Below the pieces are notes generated by a model that saw only the letters and a list, made by a program, of their open reading frames with translations, was not told the DNA's origin and made no database searches. Positions 30,602-41,834 of a DNA stretch of 64,000 bases are shown one piece after another. Source of the stretch: an uncultured Gemmatimonadales bacterium (GTDB taxonomy: Bacteria; Gemmatimonadota; Gemmatimonadetes; Gemmatimonadales; GWC2-71-9). The DNA lies in assembly GCA_963842945.1 (NCBI GenBank), contig CAWJIM010000002.1, forward strand, positions 224,001-288,000. Direction: 5' to 3'. Every line of letters begins with the position of its first letter. Positions within the stretch are counted from its first letter, which is position 1. The translations under genes were made by a program, and so were the position numbers.

Positions 30602-32061
30602 TGCGATTCCCCTTTCCTTCTGATTGCACTCTGGGCGGTTGCTCCCACTGCAGTCAGCCAGGCCAAGAGGGCGGGCTATCGGTCGCCCTCAGCCACCAGC
30701 CAGAGCCAGGCGCTCACCCAGGACTGGGCCACTCCGCTCGGCCGGCATCTAGCCTGTCCCAACTCCAATCCGCCGAAGCGGTTCTGGGCCGGCGCCTGGG
30801 AGCTGATGGCGGTGCAGTTCGTCCCCTGGGCATTCACCAAGTGGGTGACCGAGGGTGAGTGGTCGAACATTTCGTTCCGCACCTGGGCCGACAACATCAA
30901 GTTTCCCTGGCAGTGGGACAACAACAAGTTCAACAACAACCAGTTCCCCACCCCTATCACGGCAGCCTCTACTTCAACGCCGGCCGAACCAACGGCTACA
31001 ACTTCTGGCAGTCCGCGCCGTGGGCTTTCGCCGGTAGTCTGATGTGGGAGCTCTTCGGCGAGGTCTGGGCCCCCTCCCCCAACGATCTCGCCAACACCAC
31101 CCTGGGCGGAATCAGCCTGGGCGAAATGCTGTTCCGGTTTTCATCGCTCACGCTGAAGAATGAGGCGACCGGCACCAACCGGATCGTCCGCGAGGTCGGC
31201 GCGGGATTGATCAACCCGGTCCGGGGATTCAACCGGTTGATCCGCGGCGAAGCCGGCCGCATTCTCGAAACTCCGCCCGACTGGCGCCCCACCCGAATCC
31301 AGGCTTCGATGGACGTCGGCTATCGCCGATTTTCCACCTCAGCATCACTGGATGATCCGAACGCGCTCGACCAATCGTTTGTCCAGTTTTCGGTGTTTTA
31401 CGGCGATCAGCTGGCCGACCTGGGGAAGGAGCCGTTCTCCGCCTTCCAGGTCTTCGGCACCCTGGCGAGCCATTCCGGCAACAGCAAAGCGCTCCAGGAA
31501 CTCCGGGTGCGGGGCAACCTGGCCGCCAAGCCGGTGGGGTCCGGCGACGGGAACAAGCTGCTCGCCGGCTTCATGACCTACGAATACCTCCAAAATCCAG
31601 TGGTGGACTTTGGCGCGCAGGGCTTTCAGGGAGGGCTACTGGTCTCCCGCTCGAAGCCCGGCAAGTCCATGCAGCTGTACGGCGAGGCGATGGCCCGGGT
31701 GAACCCGATCGCGGCAATCCGGTCGGACTACTTCGTCACGGCCGAGGGGCGGGACTACGACTACGGAATCGGATTGGGTGGCCGGGTGGAAGGGCGGGCC
31801 CTGTGGCCGGGGAAAGCCACGGTCCGTCTCAACGCCGGGTATATATGGCTGCCGGTCGTAAGTGGTTTCCCCGGAAATCACCAGCTCTGGACCCTGAGCA
31901 CCGAGGCCCGGGGTTACTACCGTGGCAAGTACGGAGCGGGGCTGATGTACCAGCGGCTGTGGAAGAACAGCAACTACACCTTTAACCCCGATGTGAACCA
32001 GGACATGTCCGAGGTTCGCGTCTTCCTTTCCCTCGCCATGCCGAGATGGGAGGAGCAATGA
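30601..32061 (+). CDS. DUF3943-like outer-membrane protein (frameshifted)
   Basis: WQWDNNKF..NQF.HPYHGSLYFNAGR.NG, PS.NDL.NTTLGG..LGE, then beta-strands. Confidence 0.8.
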
Positions 32062-32468
32062 GGAGCCGACGGGTGCGGAGCGGGCTGGCTGTGTGTGGCC
32101 TGGCGCTGGTGCTGGGATGCCAGGACTCGATCGTTCGGCTGCTCGGTCCGGAGAACGATCCCCAGACCGTCATCACCCCCCAAGAGTTCCGGTTTTCCGC
32201 GACGGATCTGAGGAACGTGAATGACCGGGAGACCTGGACCTGGCCCAACTCGGCGCCCCAGGCCTCCCTTCATCACAGCAGCTTCCTGCATCACGGCTAC
32301 GGCATACTCGTCGTTCTGGACGCCGTGGGTCAGGTGGTGGACTCGACCTTGCTCGAGTACAACCTGGACACCGAAACCCGACCGGGAACTCCCGGGAACT
32401 GGACGCTCATCCTGGTCCTTGCCTCTGCACGCGGCCGCGCCGCCTTCGAGCTGACCCCGAAGCCGTGA
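32058..32468 (+). CDS. Hypothetical lipoprotein
   Basis: Lipobox LVLGC; ATG overlaps the upstream stop. Confidence 0.7.
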   Translation: MRSRRVRSGLAVCGLALVLGCQDSIVRLLGPENDPQTVITPQEFRFSATDLRNVNDRETWTWPNSAPQASLHHSSFLHHGYGILVVLDAVGQVVDSTLLEYNLDTETRPGTPGNWTLILVLASARGRAAFELTPKP

Positions 32469-32487
32469 GACCGCGGGAAGGAGTGAC

Positions 32488-33352
32488 ATGAGCATGGCAA
32501 CCCTGCTCCCGCTCCTGCTCAAGACCAGCCTCGCGCTGCTGGTCTTCTCCCTGGGTCTTAGTGCCACACTGCAGGACACTACCCATCTCTTCCGCCGCCC
32601 CGGCCAGCTGGCTCGGGCGCTGGTGTCGATGTTCGTGGTCATGCCGGTCTCAGCGCTGATCCTGGTCCGCGCAGTCGACCCGCCCGCGGCGGTAAAGATT
32701 GCGCTGGTAGCCCTGGCGCTCTCGCCCCTGCCTCCGACCTTCCCCCGAAAGGCCCTCAAACAAGGCGGAAGGCTTTCCTACGTGGCTGGGCTCCTGGTCG
32801 CGGCGACACTCGCTGGCGGTGCTGCTCATCCCCCTGTCGCTCGAGCTGATCGAGCGCAACCGGGACATGCCCCTGCAGATGCGGCCCGCCGCCGTGCTGG
32901 GGCTGGTTTTCTGGTCGCTCCTGCTGCCGCTGGCGGTCGGGATCGTGGTTCGGAAGATGGCTCCGGCATTCGCCGAGCGAGCCGCCGGCCCGATCACCAC
33001 GATCGCGTTTGCGGTGCTTGTTCTGGGTGTGATCCCGATTCTGATCCGGGTATGGCCCGCGATGGTCAGCCTGGTAGGAAACGGGACGCTGCTGGCGATG
33101 GTCCTGCTCGTTCTGGTGGGTCTGGCCGCGGGGCACATCCTGGGCGGACCGGATCCGGAGGACCGTACCGTCCTGGCGCTCTCCACCGCCACCCGTCACC
33201 CCGCCATTGCCATCGCGATCGCGCAGGCCAACTTCCCGGACCAGAAGCTGGCCCCCGCTGCCATCCTGCTCTATGTGCTCGTGAGCGTGATCGCCTCGAT
33301 GCCCTATCTCAAGTGGAGCAAACGGCATCACGTCGCCGCCGGCAGTGGCTAG
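32488..33352 (+). CDS. Bile acid:sodium symporter (BASS) family transporter (frameshift near 32810)
   Basis: Multiple TMs; RRPGQLAR, GH.LGGP..EDRTVLALSTATRHPAIA. Confidence 0.85.
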
Positions 33353-34996
33353 GTCCTGACCACCGGACCTGAATTCCCGCCCGCATTGCCATCGCCGGCC
33401 GATGGCTCGGAGGTTGGAGCCGGAGCCGGGAACCACTGCCCTCGGGGCACGACCTTGGGCTGCTCGGGATCTCCCTCGTAGGCCGGCACCATGATCTGCA
33501 CGCCGTGCTCGTTGAACAAATCCAGGATGTTCGAATGTAGCGCGCTGTAGAGCCGCATCATCGACTGGGCATTGTCGGTATAAGCATTGATCTCGTACAG
33601 CACGCCGAACTCACCCAACGATTTCTGCAGAACGAACGGCTCTGGCTGGCGGAGAAGCCCTCCGCGTGCGCGCGGCGGCCTCGAGCAATATCGCTTCCAC
33701 CTGACGCCAGGGGGTGCCATAGCCGATCCTCACGGTCGTATGCAGGATCAGTCCCGGATCCGGCGCCAGGGTGCTGTAGTTCACCACCTCCCTGTTCAGG
33801 ATCAGCGAGTTGGGGATGACGATCTCCTCGTTCTTGGGAGAGCGCAGATAGGTCGTCAGCAAACGGACTTGCGCTACGTCCCCGAGGTGCTCGCCCACCT
33901 TCACCCGGTCTCCCACCCTGAATGCGCGGCGGAAGGCCAGGGTCTGGCCCGCCACCAGATTGCTGATCACCGACGGTGATCCCAGGGAGAAGATGAGACC
34001 GAGCAGGAGCGTGATGCCCTTGAACGCCTCGGATCCCGAACCCGGGATGTAGGGATACGCGATGACCAGCGCAAAGGCGAACGTCAGCAGCCGAACAATT
34101 CTCTCGGTGGGCAGCGCCCAATCGGAATCGAAGCCGGGAATCGAAATCGATCCCTTGCCCACCCGCTCGAAGAACAACCGGATCGCCTGCAGGACATAGC
34201 GGGTGAGTACCACCAGGATGATCAGGAAGAACAGGTTGGGCAGAAAGCTCACTGCGCCCGCGCCGAATATTACCAGCGGTCCCAGCAGCCACTCCCTGAG
34301 CCTGATGCCGATTCCCCGGGTCCAGGGGAAGAGACGGAGGACATAGGAGACAACCGCGTAGCTGGCCAGCACCACCAGCAGGGCGGCGGTGACATCGATT
34401 ATCCGGTGCAGCCCCTGCCAGAGCTGCTCCCGGCGGACAATGGGAATCGCCCGGAAGTGCAGGTCACCGATATCCGGCTGCCACCGACGGTCGAGTGTCC
34501 TTCGAAGCCAGCGAAAGACCTGGCGTCCCAGCCAGAGCACCAGCAGCAGTGCCAGGATTGCCGCCGCGGCTCGGGCGACGTTCCTCCCCAGGACGGTTGG
34601 CTCGCGATCGCGCCGGAAGCCTCGCACTGCCTCCTGCACCCGGGGCAGGTAGGTCTGCGCCAGAACACGGGGCGTGACACCCTCGAGCTCGGCATCGGCA
34701 TGGAGCACGCCGAACAGCCTGCGGTTGCCGGCAACAACCATGCTGCCGTCGGACGTTTCCTCAACGGCGAGTGACTCCGGCGGGAGCGACCGATCGGCGG
34801 CGAACTCCGCGATCCGGTGCGAGATGTCGGCGGCGCGCCGCTCCGCGGGATAGGCGGTAACGCCCCGGACGGAGAAGAGCACGGCGCCGTCGAGTACCAC
34901 CGGCGCCGTGGGCGCCTCGACCGCGACCATGGCGGCTGTGGAGTCCTGGGCCTCGGCCCGGGCACTCACGCCGGCAGCCAGCCCGGCGATAAGCAT
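33349..34996 (-). CDS. MscS family mechanosensitive channel (frameshift near 33660)
   Basis: SNLVAG..RAFRVGDRVKVG..G.V..LLTT..IPNS, IGYGTPWRQV, ILDLFNEHGVQIMVP. Confidence 0.9.
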
Positions 34997-36119
34997 CAAG
35001 GCGACATCGCGCCGCCGGGTTCGGACCAGCCACAGCGCCCCCAGTGCGATCACCGCAACCAGCGCCGTGAAGGCGAGGAAGGCCCGCAGCAGCAGGCGGC
35101 CGAGCACCAGTCCGGCGTGGTCGATGGAGCGCTGGGCGATGCTGTCGATCGAGGCGACGGCCGCCTGGCGTTCCGCGTCGACCGCCTGGAGCACGGCCTC
35201 CCGCTCCGCCCGGATCGCGTCGACCACGGCCACCCGCTCCGCCGTGATCCGGTCCATCACCGCCGACCGCTCTCCGCCGAGGGCGGAGAAAATGGCGTTC
35301 CGCTGGGCATCGACGCCCAGCGATAGTTGGCGTCCCTGATCGGCGAGGTCTTGCAGCATCAGGCGAGCGTCCCCGTTCCAGGATCGGCGGAAGCAGGTCT
35401 CCCGCGGCCAGCTCGGTTTGCCACAGAACGCGCTTCAGCATCCCTTCGTTGAGGTAGCCCAGCCGGCTGTTGATCCCGAGGAGGCTTCGCTCCACGCTGG
35501 CGACGGTGCCGCTCAGGTTCGTCTCCATGATGGACAAGGCCTTCCAATCGCTGGAGAGGACCGACTGGCGAGCCAGGTCGCTGCCGCGAAGCGGGTGCCG
35601 GTCCGCCCAGCCTTGAACCGACTGCACGACCTGGGCGAGCGTGTCTCCGCCGCTGCCAATCATTCGGCCGGCGACCGAGCCCACGAGGCCCTGGAGTGTG
35701 TCCGAGGCGGCGAGAGCAATCGGCTGCAGGTCACCGAACGCGTCGCGCCCGTCACCCCGCCTCAGGTAGTGGGAGAGCTGCATGGTGAAGGCCCAGAGAT
35801 CGACCGTGGCCACCACCGGGTCCGACCGGAGCGAGGCCTCTTCGATCAGCGGCGTCGCCGCGATCTTCCAGCGGAGAGCCCGGCGGCGAACCGCGGTGTC
35901 GGTGCTGCGGGCCGCTATGGCGTCGGCGGTCGATTCGACGATGTAGGAAGATTCGCGCCCAGCCTCATAGACCCGCAGCTGCAGCTCGCCGGCAGTGACC
36001 TCCGATGCCTCCATGGCCGCCAGCGAAGCGGACTGCGGCGGCGCCTTGAGACAGGCGCCCACCACCAACGGCAGGAGAGCCGCTGCGGCGTATGGGGAGA
36101 AGAAGGCCGGCAGGTGCAT
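34997..36119 (-). CDS. Hypothetical coiled-coil lipoprotein with C-terminal TM (frameshift near 35370; runs in frame into MscS)
   Basis: Lipobox VVGAC, ALRWK, DLWAF..Q, ER-rich heptads. Confidence 0.7.
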
Positions 36120-36185
36120 GGGTTCCCGGCTGCAGCCCTGAATTGTGTTCCGTCGGGATTTAAGGAGCTGCGGGAGCTTCAGAAA

Positions 36186-36201
36186 CTGGTATTTCTGACA
36201 G
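36186..36201 (-). promoter_or_regulatory. CTG-N10-CAG box 8
   Basis: Minus strand CTGTCAGAAATACCAG-TTTC; weak -10 (TAAATC) at the expected distance. Confidence 0.75.
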
Positions 36202-36203
36202 TC

Positions 36204-37410
36204 TTAGAAGACCTCACCGGTGCCGAAGAAGATGCCCTTGGAGCCTTCGGCCCCGAACCCGTAGTCAATGGTGATGTTCGTGTTCGAATGTTTGTTCAGC
36301 TTGATTCGGAGACCCAATCCATAGCCGCGATCGGGAACCTGGAAGCTTCCGGTGCTGTCGGTGGCGGAGGTGAGATTGAGAAATCCAACCGCACCAAAGA
36401 GCCCGTCACGAGTCAGGGTGACCCGGTACTCTACTTCCCCGTAGAGCAGGTTGGTTGCCCGGATTCTGCCCTGGGCGTAGGCCCGGCCGGTACGGCCGTT
36501 GTAATCCCAGCCGATGGCGGGAAGCTCCAGATAGGGCGGCCTGCCGCCGGTGAACCAGGCCAGGCCCCAGAGCGCAAGCACGCTCTTCTGCAGCGCGAGG
36601 GTATGCCCGGGCCTCCAGCTCCACCGATCCCCAATCTTGTTCGCTCCCCAACGCACGGGGGAAGAACCGGGCGCTGCCTCGGGCGTAGATGCCCCGAGTG
36701 GTGTTGATCGGGTTGTTCCGGCCGTCCCTCAACAGATTGAAGGAAACTCCCGAGGTGCTCGAGCTGGTGATCGTGGCCCCGCCATTGTACTCGCTGAACG
36801 GCGTAGGACCCGAGGCGGCGTTCTTGTCCACGATGTCGAAGTAGCGATTGAAGTGGTATCCGATGCCGGCCAACACTCCGTCGGTGACTTCGCGGTACAC
36901 CGTCTCGTAGAAGCGCAGCAGCTTGAAATCCATAGGCGATTCGAGCGCCGTGGGCGGGGCCGGTCCCAGCCCGTAGGTCGGCTGGTTGGTATCGAGGTAA
37001 CGCCAATCGCCCTCCAGCTTCCAGACATTCCCCGCGGTGAAAAGATTCGAGCGGCTGATCACGTTGAACTGCTGCTTGGTGGTGAAGTTCACCGAGGCAT
37101 ACAGCGTAGACAAATTGGTGTTTTCCTCGGGGCCCAGGCGGGTCACGACATTGCCGGATACGCCCAGGAGGAACCCCACCGTGGGATTGGCGCCGAAGGC
37201 GGGCAGAACGCTGATCACGAACCGGGGAGGAAGGGCGATGGTGTCGGCCAGTTTGGGCTTGCCGTGCAGCACCCGGGAGAGCACATCCATGACGTCGCGC
37301 TTCCGGACGGTGTCCTGGGTCGTCGGAGCGGGAGCCTGAGCTGCCACCCTCACGGCCGCGAACAGCAGGAAACAGCTACCGAGCGCGGGCCATCGGGAGT
37401 TCAGGGCCAC
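36204..37410 (-). CDS. Omp85/BamA-TamA family beta-barrel without obvious POTRA (frameshift near 36600)
   Basis: D.RNNPIN..RG.Y, GRAY.QGR.R, GLGLR, IDYGFG, C-terminal GEVF. Confidence 0.85.
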
Positions 37411-37416
37411 GGCGGC

Positions 37417-38229
37417 TCAGAGAGCCACCGAGAGGCTGGGCCTTCTCCCGTTTGAGGAGGCGGTCTCGGCATCGGCAAAAGACAGCACGCGGGGAAGCGT
37501 CGCCTGGATCCGGGTGCCCTGCCCCGGGGCGCTCTTCACCAGCAGCGAGCCTCCCACACCGCGCAGCCTTTGGCGCATGCTCATCATGCCGAAGCCTTCG
37601 ATTCGGTCCATATGATCGGGCTCGAAACCCATCCCCGCGTCGGAGACGACAAGCTTCAGCACGGAATCCGTGGCCTCCAACCTGACCCATACGGCGTCGG
37701 CGCCACTGTGCTTGGCCGCGTTGTGCAGCGCCTCCTGCGTCACCCGATACAACGTCAACGCCGTGGGGCCCGGCAGCTCAGCCGGCCAATTCGTGTCAGA
37801 CACGTGAATGGCGAGCCCGTAATGCTCCAGGTCCTGACACAGCGCCCGCACCGCCGGCACCAGACCGAGGTATTCCAACCGGGCCGGGTGGAGCCCGCGG
37901 GTGACGTGCTGAATATCTGCCGCAATGGACCGGACCCGCTGGGCCAGCTCGGCAACCCTGACCCCAACCGAGCGGGTGAACTGGGCAGTCGGCATTCCCA
38001 GCGCGTCCAGCTCCAGCGCCAGCACCGCGAGTTGCTGGCTGATGTCGTCATGCAGCTCACGGGCAATCCGGCTCCGTTCCGTCTCCAGCATCTGGAGCAG
38101 GCCGCCGCTGAGCCGGGCCAGGTCAGCCTCGGCGGCACGCCGGCGCTGGCTGTTGCGCACAGCCCCCCAGACCAGCAGCATGAGCGCGGTGGGCATGAGC
38201 AGAGCGGCGATGAACATTGAAAGAGTCAT
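37417..38229 (-). CDS. HisKA_3 (NarX/ComP-type) histidine kinase with single TM and no sensor domain
   Basis: ER.RIARELHDDISQQL, QEALHNAAKHS, D.G.GF, G.GT. Confidence 0.92.
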   Translation of the reverse strand: MTLSMFIAALLMPTALMLLVWGAVRNSQRRRAAEADLARLSGGLLQMLETERSRIARELHDDISQQLAVLALELDALGMPTAQFTRSVGVRVAELAQRVRSIAADIQHVTRGLHPARLEYLGLVPAVRALCQDLEHYGLAIHVSDTNWPAELPGPTALTLYRVTQEALHNAAKHSGADAVWVRLEATDSVLKLVVSDAGMGFEPDHMDRIEGFGMMSMRQRLRGVGGSLLVKSAPGQGTRIQATLPRVLSFADAETASSNGRRPSLSVAL

Positions 38230-38247
38230 GGCAGGAAACCGTTCCTA

Positions 38248-38985
38248 TTAGAAGCGCAAGGTCAGGCCGAGGGCCGGTCCGTTGAAGTGCACGTCGTACG
38301 TCAGGTCCTTCTCGTGATCGACATCGAGATACCGGTAGAGCGCCGATAGCGCGCAGCACCGCCCCACATCGTATGCGGCGCCGCCGTACGCCTGCCAGGT
38401 GAACTTGGACTCACCGCCGCCCAGATCTCCCTTGGCAAAGAGGTGCCATCGTTCGGCCGGCAGGTATCGCAACCCGGCGCCGATGACCGCATCGATCCAG
38501 GCCTTGCTTTCCGAGACCTCGTTGGGGCTGAGATCCACCTGCAGGTGCCAGTAGCGGGCTCCGACAACGGCGTCGATCCCGCCCCAGGGCCGAGCCAGGA
38601 TGGTGCGCCCCAGCTCCGGCTGCAGCATCAATTCGCTCAGGTCCACCGTCACACCATCTACTTGGTCGCCCAGGTTCAGAAAGAACACATCGGCCCTCAG
38701 CGCCCACAGCTCCTTGCGGGCCTCCACCAGCCCCATGACCCCGATGTCGAAGTCGTCGATGACGTCTCCCACGCCGATGCTGACGTCGGAAGTCCGGCCG
38801 GCAACTCCCACCTGGCCCTGGAGCCCGGCGGCCCAGAGATAGGGTGTGAAGGCGAACCGCCAGACCGGCTTTTCCGCCTGCGCGTCCGGCACCCGGTTGG
38901 CCTGTGCTTCAACTGTGGGGACCAGGGTCAATCCGATCGCCGCCAATAGCTCGCCTGCCAGTAGGAATCGGCAGGCGAAGCTCAC
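38248..38985 (-). CDS. Outer-membrane beta-barrel protein
   Basis: PYLWAAGL.G, GARYW, W.DA.IG, YRYLDVD, C-terminal LRF. Confidence 0.8.
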   Translation of the reverse strand: MSFACRFLLAGELLAAIGLTLVPTVEAQANRVPDAQAEKPVWRFAFTPYLWAAGLQGQVGVAGRTSDVSIGVGDVIDDFDIGVMGLVEARKELWALRADVFFLNLGDQVDGVTVDLSELMLQPELGRTILARPWGGIDAVVGARYWHLQVDLSPNEVSESKAWIDAVIGAGLRYLPAERWHLFAKGDLGGGESKFTWQAYGGAAYDVGRCCALSALYRYLDVDHEKDLTYDVHFNGPALGLTLRF

Positions 38986-38994
38986 CTCGCTACC

Positions 38995-39681
38995 TCAGAC
39001 GGGCGTCCCTCCGGAACTCGGCTGGGTTCGGCGTGCAGCTGCACTGGGGGGCGCTCCTGCAGCCCGAATACCGCCGCGGCAGCGGCGCCGCCCAAGGAGC
39101 GGGCCTATCAGGTACAACCAGAGCTGTCCGGCCGGTCCGCCGGCAATCAGCGCGTTCACCAGAATCGGTCCGATGCCCACCGCGGGATTGAACGCACCAC
39201 CGCTGATTCCTCCGCCGGCAAAAGCGGCAACCACGATAGTGAATCCGATGGCCAGGCCGTAGAACGAGTTGCCATGGGTCTTGGCGGACGCCGCCGAATT
39301 GAGCACCACCAGAGCGAGCGCAAAGGTGTAGAGGAACTCCACCAGCACGGCTGCGGCCGGGGAGACGTCCGGTCCCGGAGCCGGCGCGAAGGTCTTCCCG
39401 GTGATGATGTAAACGATGAGGGCGGCTGCGACGGCGCCCAGGACCTGGCTGACCATGTACCCGGCCGTCTCGCCGGTCGAAGCCATCTTGCCCCGCAGGT
39501 ATACCGCCAGGGTCACCGCCGGATTGTAGTGCGCACCGGAGACGTGCCCGCCCATGTACACCATCACCATCAGCGATGATCCGATGGCGAGGGGCGCGAG
39601 GGGCGAGCCGCTCAGCACGGTGAGGCCAATCGTCAGCACCAGGAAGAACGTGCCCAGAAACTCCGTGAGATAGTTCTGCAT
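38995..39681 (-). CDS. Aquaporin / MIP family channel (C-terminal frameshift)
   Basis: EFLGTF, SGAHYNPAVT, SGGAFNPA. Confidence 0.92.
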   Translation of the reverse strand: MQNYLTEFLGTFFLVLTIGLTVLSGSPLAPLAIGSSLMVMVYMGGHVSGAHYNPAVTLAVYLRGKMASTGETAGYMVSQVLGAVAAALIVYIITGKTFAPAPGPDVSPAAAVLVEFLYTFALALVVLNSAASAKTHGNSFYGLAIGFTIVVAAFAGGGISGGAFNPAVGIGPILVNALIAGGPAGQLWLYLIGPLLGRRRCRGGIRAAGAPPSAAARRTQPSSGGTPV

Positions 39682-39696
39682 GGTAGGGTCCGGGAG

Positions 39697-40401
39697 TCAG
39701 ATCAGACGACGTTTGACCGCGAACTGCACCAGCTCGGCGCTGGAGTGCAGGGACAGCTGCCGCATGATTCTGTACTTGTGAAAGGCCACGGTTCGGGGAG
39801 TGATCCCCAGTGCCGCCGCCGCCTGCTTCATGGTGCTGCCGCCGGCTACCAGCCGCAGTACTTCCCGCTCCCGGGATGACAGCGAGTCCGCCTCGCACAC
39901 ATCAGCGATCCGCCGCACGGCGGCTGGGGGAGCCGCCGGGCGCCGCACCTGATGGGGATACGCTTCTCCGGCCAGCACGGTGCGGATCGCTTGCAGAAGC
40001 TCGGACGCGGGAGTGGTTTTCAGAATGTAGGCCGAGGCGCCGGACCGGAACGCCTGGGCGGCCAGCTCGGGATCGTCATGCATGGTCAGGACAATGCAAT
40101 GCACCTGGGACAGGCGGCGCCGAATCCGCTGCACGGCCTGCAGCCCGCTGAGCCGGGGCATGCTCACATCGCAGATCACCACGTCGGGCCGGAGCTCGGT
40201 GGCGGCATCCACCAGAGCAGCCCCATCGGTCACCGTGCCCAGCACGGTAAACTCCCGCTCCAGCATCTGCCGCAGCGCATCGAGGAGCAGGCTGTGATCG
40301 TCGGCTAGAAGGAGGCGGGGGCGTTTGATGGGCGATCTGGAGTAACTGCCGGCCCACCGCTCCGGGGTTCCGCTTTGCCACGAAGGGGCAGGTGCACTCA
40401 T
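39697..40401 (-). CDS. NarL family response regulator (REC + LuxR HTH)
   Basis: LADDH, CDVSMP, LSSREREVL..TVAFHKYRIM. Confidence 0.93.
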   Translation of the reverse strand: MSAPAPSWQSGTPERWAGSYSRSPIKRPRLLLADDHSLLLDALRQMLEREFTVLGTVTDGAALVDAATELRPDVVICDVSMPRLSGLQAVQRIRRRLSQVHCIVLTMHDDPELAAQAFRSGASAYILKTTPASELLQAIRTVLAGEAYPHQVRRPAAPPAAVRRIADVCEADSLSSREREVLRLVAGGSTMKQAAAALGITPRTVAFHKYRIMRQLSLHSSAELVQFAVKRRLI

Positions 40402-40495
40402 GCTGAGCTTGCCCTTAATGAAGGAAGCAGTCGCTTGCCTAAGGGTGTGTCGGATGGTCGATAGCCTACGGTAGGGATGCCGCTCTGACCCGGTA

Positions 40496-40508
40496 ACTGG
40501 ACCTTAGA
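40496..40508 (-). promoter_or_regulatory. Motif B copy 1 (upstream of NarL-type regulator operon)
   Basis: Minus strand TCTAAGGTCCAGT, with TACCGT 23 nt downstream. Confidence 0.6.
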
Positions 40509-40517
40509 TTAGGCGGT

Positions 40518-40946
40518 TTAGCCGCCCTCCCGGTCTTCAGTGATCCGTTCCCGACTTTCGGGCCAGGCAGGAACCCTGAATTGACCGGCCAGGGCAGCGT
40601 GGATGGCGGGAATGAGATCGATACCAGCTTGTGACTTGAGGACGTATCCGCGGGCGCCAGCTTCCAGGGCGGCGGCGAGCACCGCCGCGTCCGACAGGAC
40701 GCTGAGCACGACGATGGCCGACGCGGTGTTCTCGGACCGGATCTGCCGGATCGCCTCGATCCCGCCCATCCGCGGCATGGCCAGATCGATGACGACAACA
40801 TTGGGACGAAGCGCCCGGGCCAGCCGGACCGCCTCGAGGCCGTCGGCCGCTTCTCCCGCTATCTCGAACTCGGGATCGAGCAGCCTGCGGATTGCCGCAA
40901 GCAGCGGAGGATGATCGTCGGCAAGCAGAACCCGGAGCCGGGCCAT
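40518..40946 (-). CDS. Stand-alone NarL-type receiver domain protein
   Basis: LADDH, IDLAMP, GYVLK; no HTH. Confidence 0.88.
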   Translation of the reverse strand: MARLRVLLADDHPPLLAAIRRLLDPEFEIAGEAADGLEAVRLARALRPNVVVIDLAMPRMGGIEAIRQIRSENTASAIVVLSVLSDAAVLAAALEAGARGYVLKSQAGIDLIPAIHAALAGQFRVPAWPESRERITEDREGG

Positions 40947-41005
40947 AGGCACGATCCTGGAGGGGCGAAGCTCTGGCACATTAGAGATTGGGAGGTGGGG
41001 GGAAA

Positions 41006-41021
41006 CTGTCAGTTGTGACAG
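41006..41021 (-). promoter_or_regulatory. CTG-N10-CAG box 9
   Basis: CTGTCAGTTGTGACAG near-palindrome; minus strand TTTCCC-N16-TAATGT. Confidence 0.8.
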
Positions 41022-41090
41022 CTTGCAACCTTTCGCCGCGCGGCCTTTGTCTACATACTCAGAGCAACTTCCAAAACAGTGTAGGTAACC

Positions 41091-41741
41091 ATGCCGAATC
41101 CGAGTTCGCTGGTATTCGTGGTCGACGACGATGAATCGCTCCGGCGCAGCCTGGAGCGACTGCTGCGGGTCAGCGGCTACTCGGTCCAGACCTTCTCCTC
41201 TGCCGCGGCGTTTCTGGAGCAGCCGGAGCCGGACTGTCCCAGCTGCTTACTGCTCGACATCCGGATGCCGGAGCTGACCGGGCTCGACCTGCAGCAGGCC
41301 GTCAACCAGGCGCGGCCGGCCTTGTCGGTGATCCTGATGACCGGTTATGCCGACATGGAGAGCTGCATCCTGGGAATGAAAGCCGGGGCTGCCGACTTTC
41401 TCCTGAAACCTTTCGACGACGACCAGCTGCTCCTCGCCGTCGCTACCGGACTCGCCAAAAGCCAGGAGATCCGCCAGTCGCTCGCAGAGTATGAGGAGCT
41501 GCGCCAGCGCTTCGCCCTGCTCACTCCGCGAGAGCGCCAGGTGTTCGAGCTGGTATCGGAAGGATTGTTGAACAAACAGATCGCGGGGCGGCTCGGCACC
41601 AGGGAGGGTACGGTGAAGCTGCACCGGGCCAATCTCATCCGAAAGCTGCAGGCCCGTTCGGTGAGCGATCTGGTGCGCATGGCCGACCGCCTGCGTCAGG
41701 ATGGCGCACAACACCCTCAGCCCGCCCAAGTCTCCGCCTAG
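41091..41741 (+). CDS. FixJ/NodW family response regulator
   Basis: VVDDD, LLDIRMP, DFLLKP, LTPRERQV..GLLNKQIA..TVKLHR. Confidence 0.93.
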   Translation: MPNPSSLVFVVDDDESLRRSLERLLRVSGYSVQTFSSAAAFLEQPEPDCPSCLLLDIRMPELTGLDLQQAVNQARPALSVILMTGYADMESCILGMKAGAADFLLKPFDDDQLLLAVATGLAKSQEIRQSLAEYEELRQRFALLTPRERQVFELVSEGLLNKQIAGRLGTREGTVKLHRANLIRKLQARSVSDLVRMADRLRQDGAQHPQPAQVSA

Positions 41742-41757
41742 CAAGGGAAAAGCCTCG

Positions 41758-41770
41758 ACCAAGGTACAGT
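41758..41770 (+). promoter_or_regulatory. Motif B copy 2
   Basis: ACCAAGGTACAGT, with TAGCTT 24 nt downstream. Confidence 0.6.
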
Positions 41771-41834
41771 GGCTCGCCGGCTGACTGAACCGGTAGCTTG
41801 CACCCATCAACCCACAAGGCGGACGGGCGCGACC

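Noticed and set aside
40974..40992. Sigma-54 promoter at TGGCAC sites (also about 15395 and 27044)
   Set aside because: No TTGC at the -12 position.
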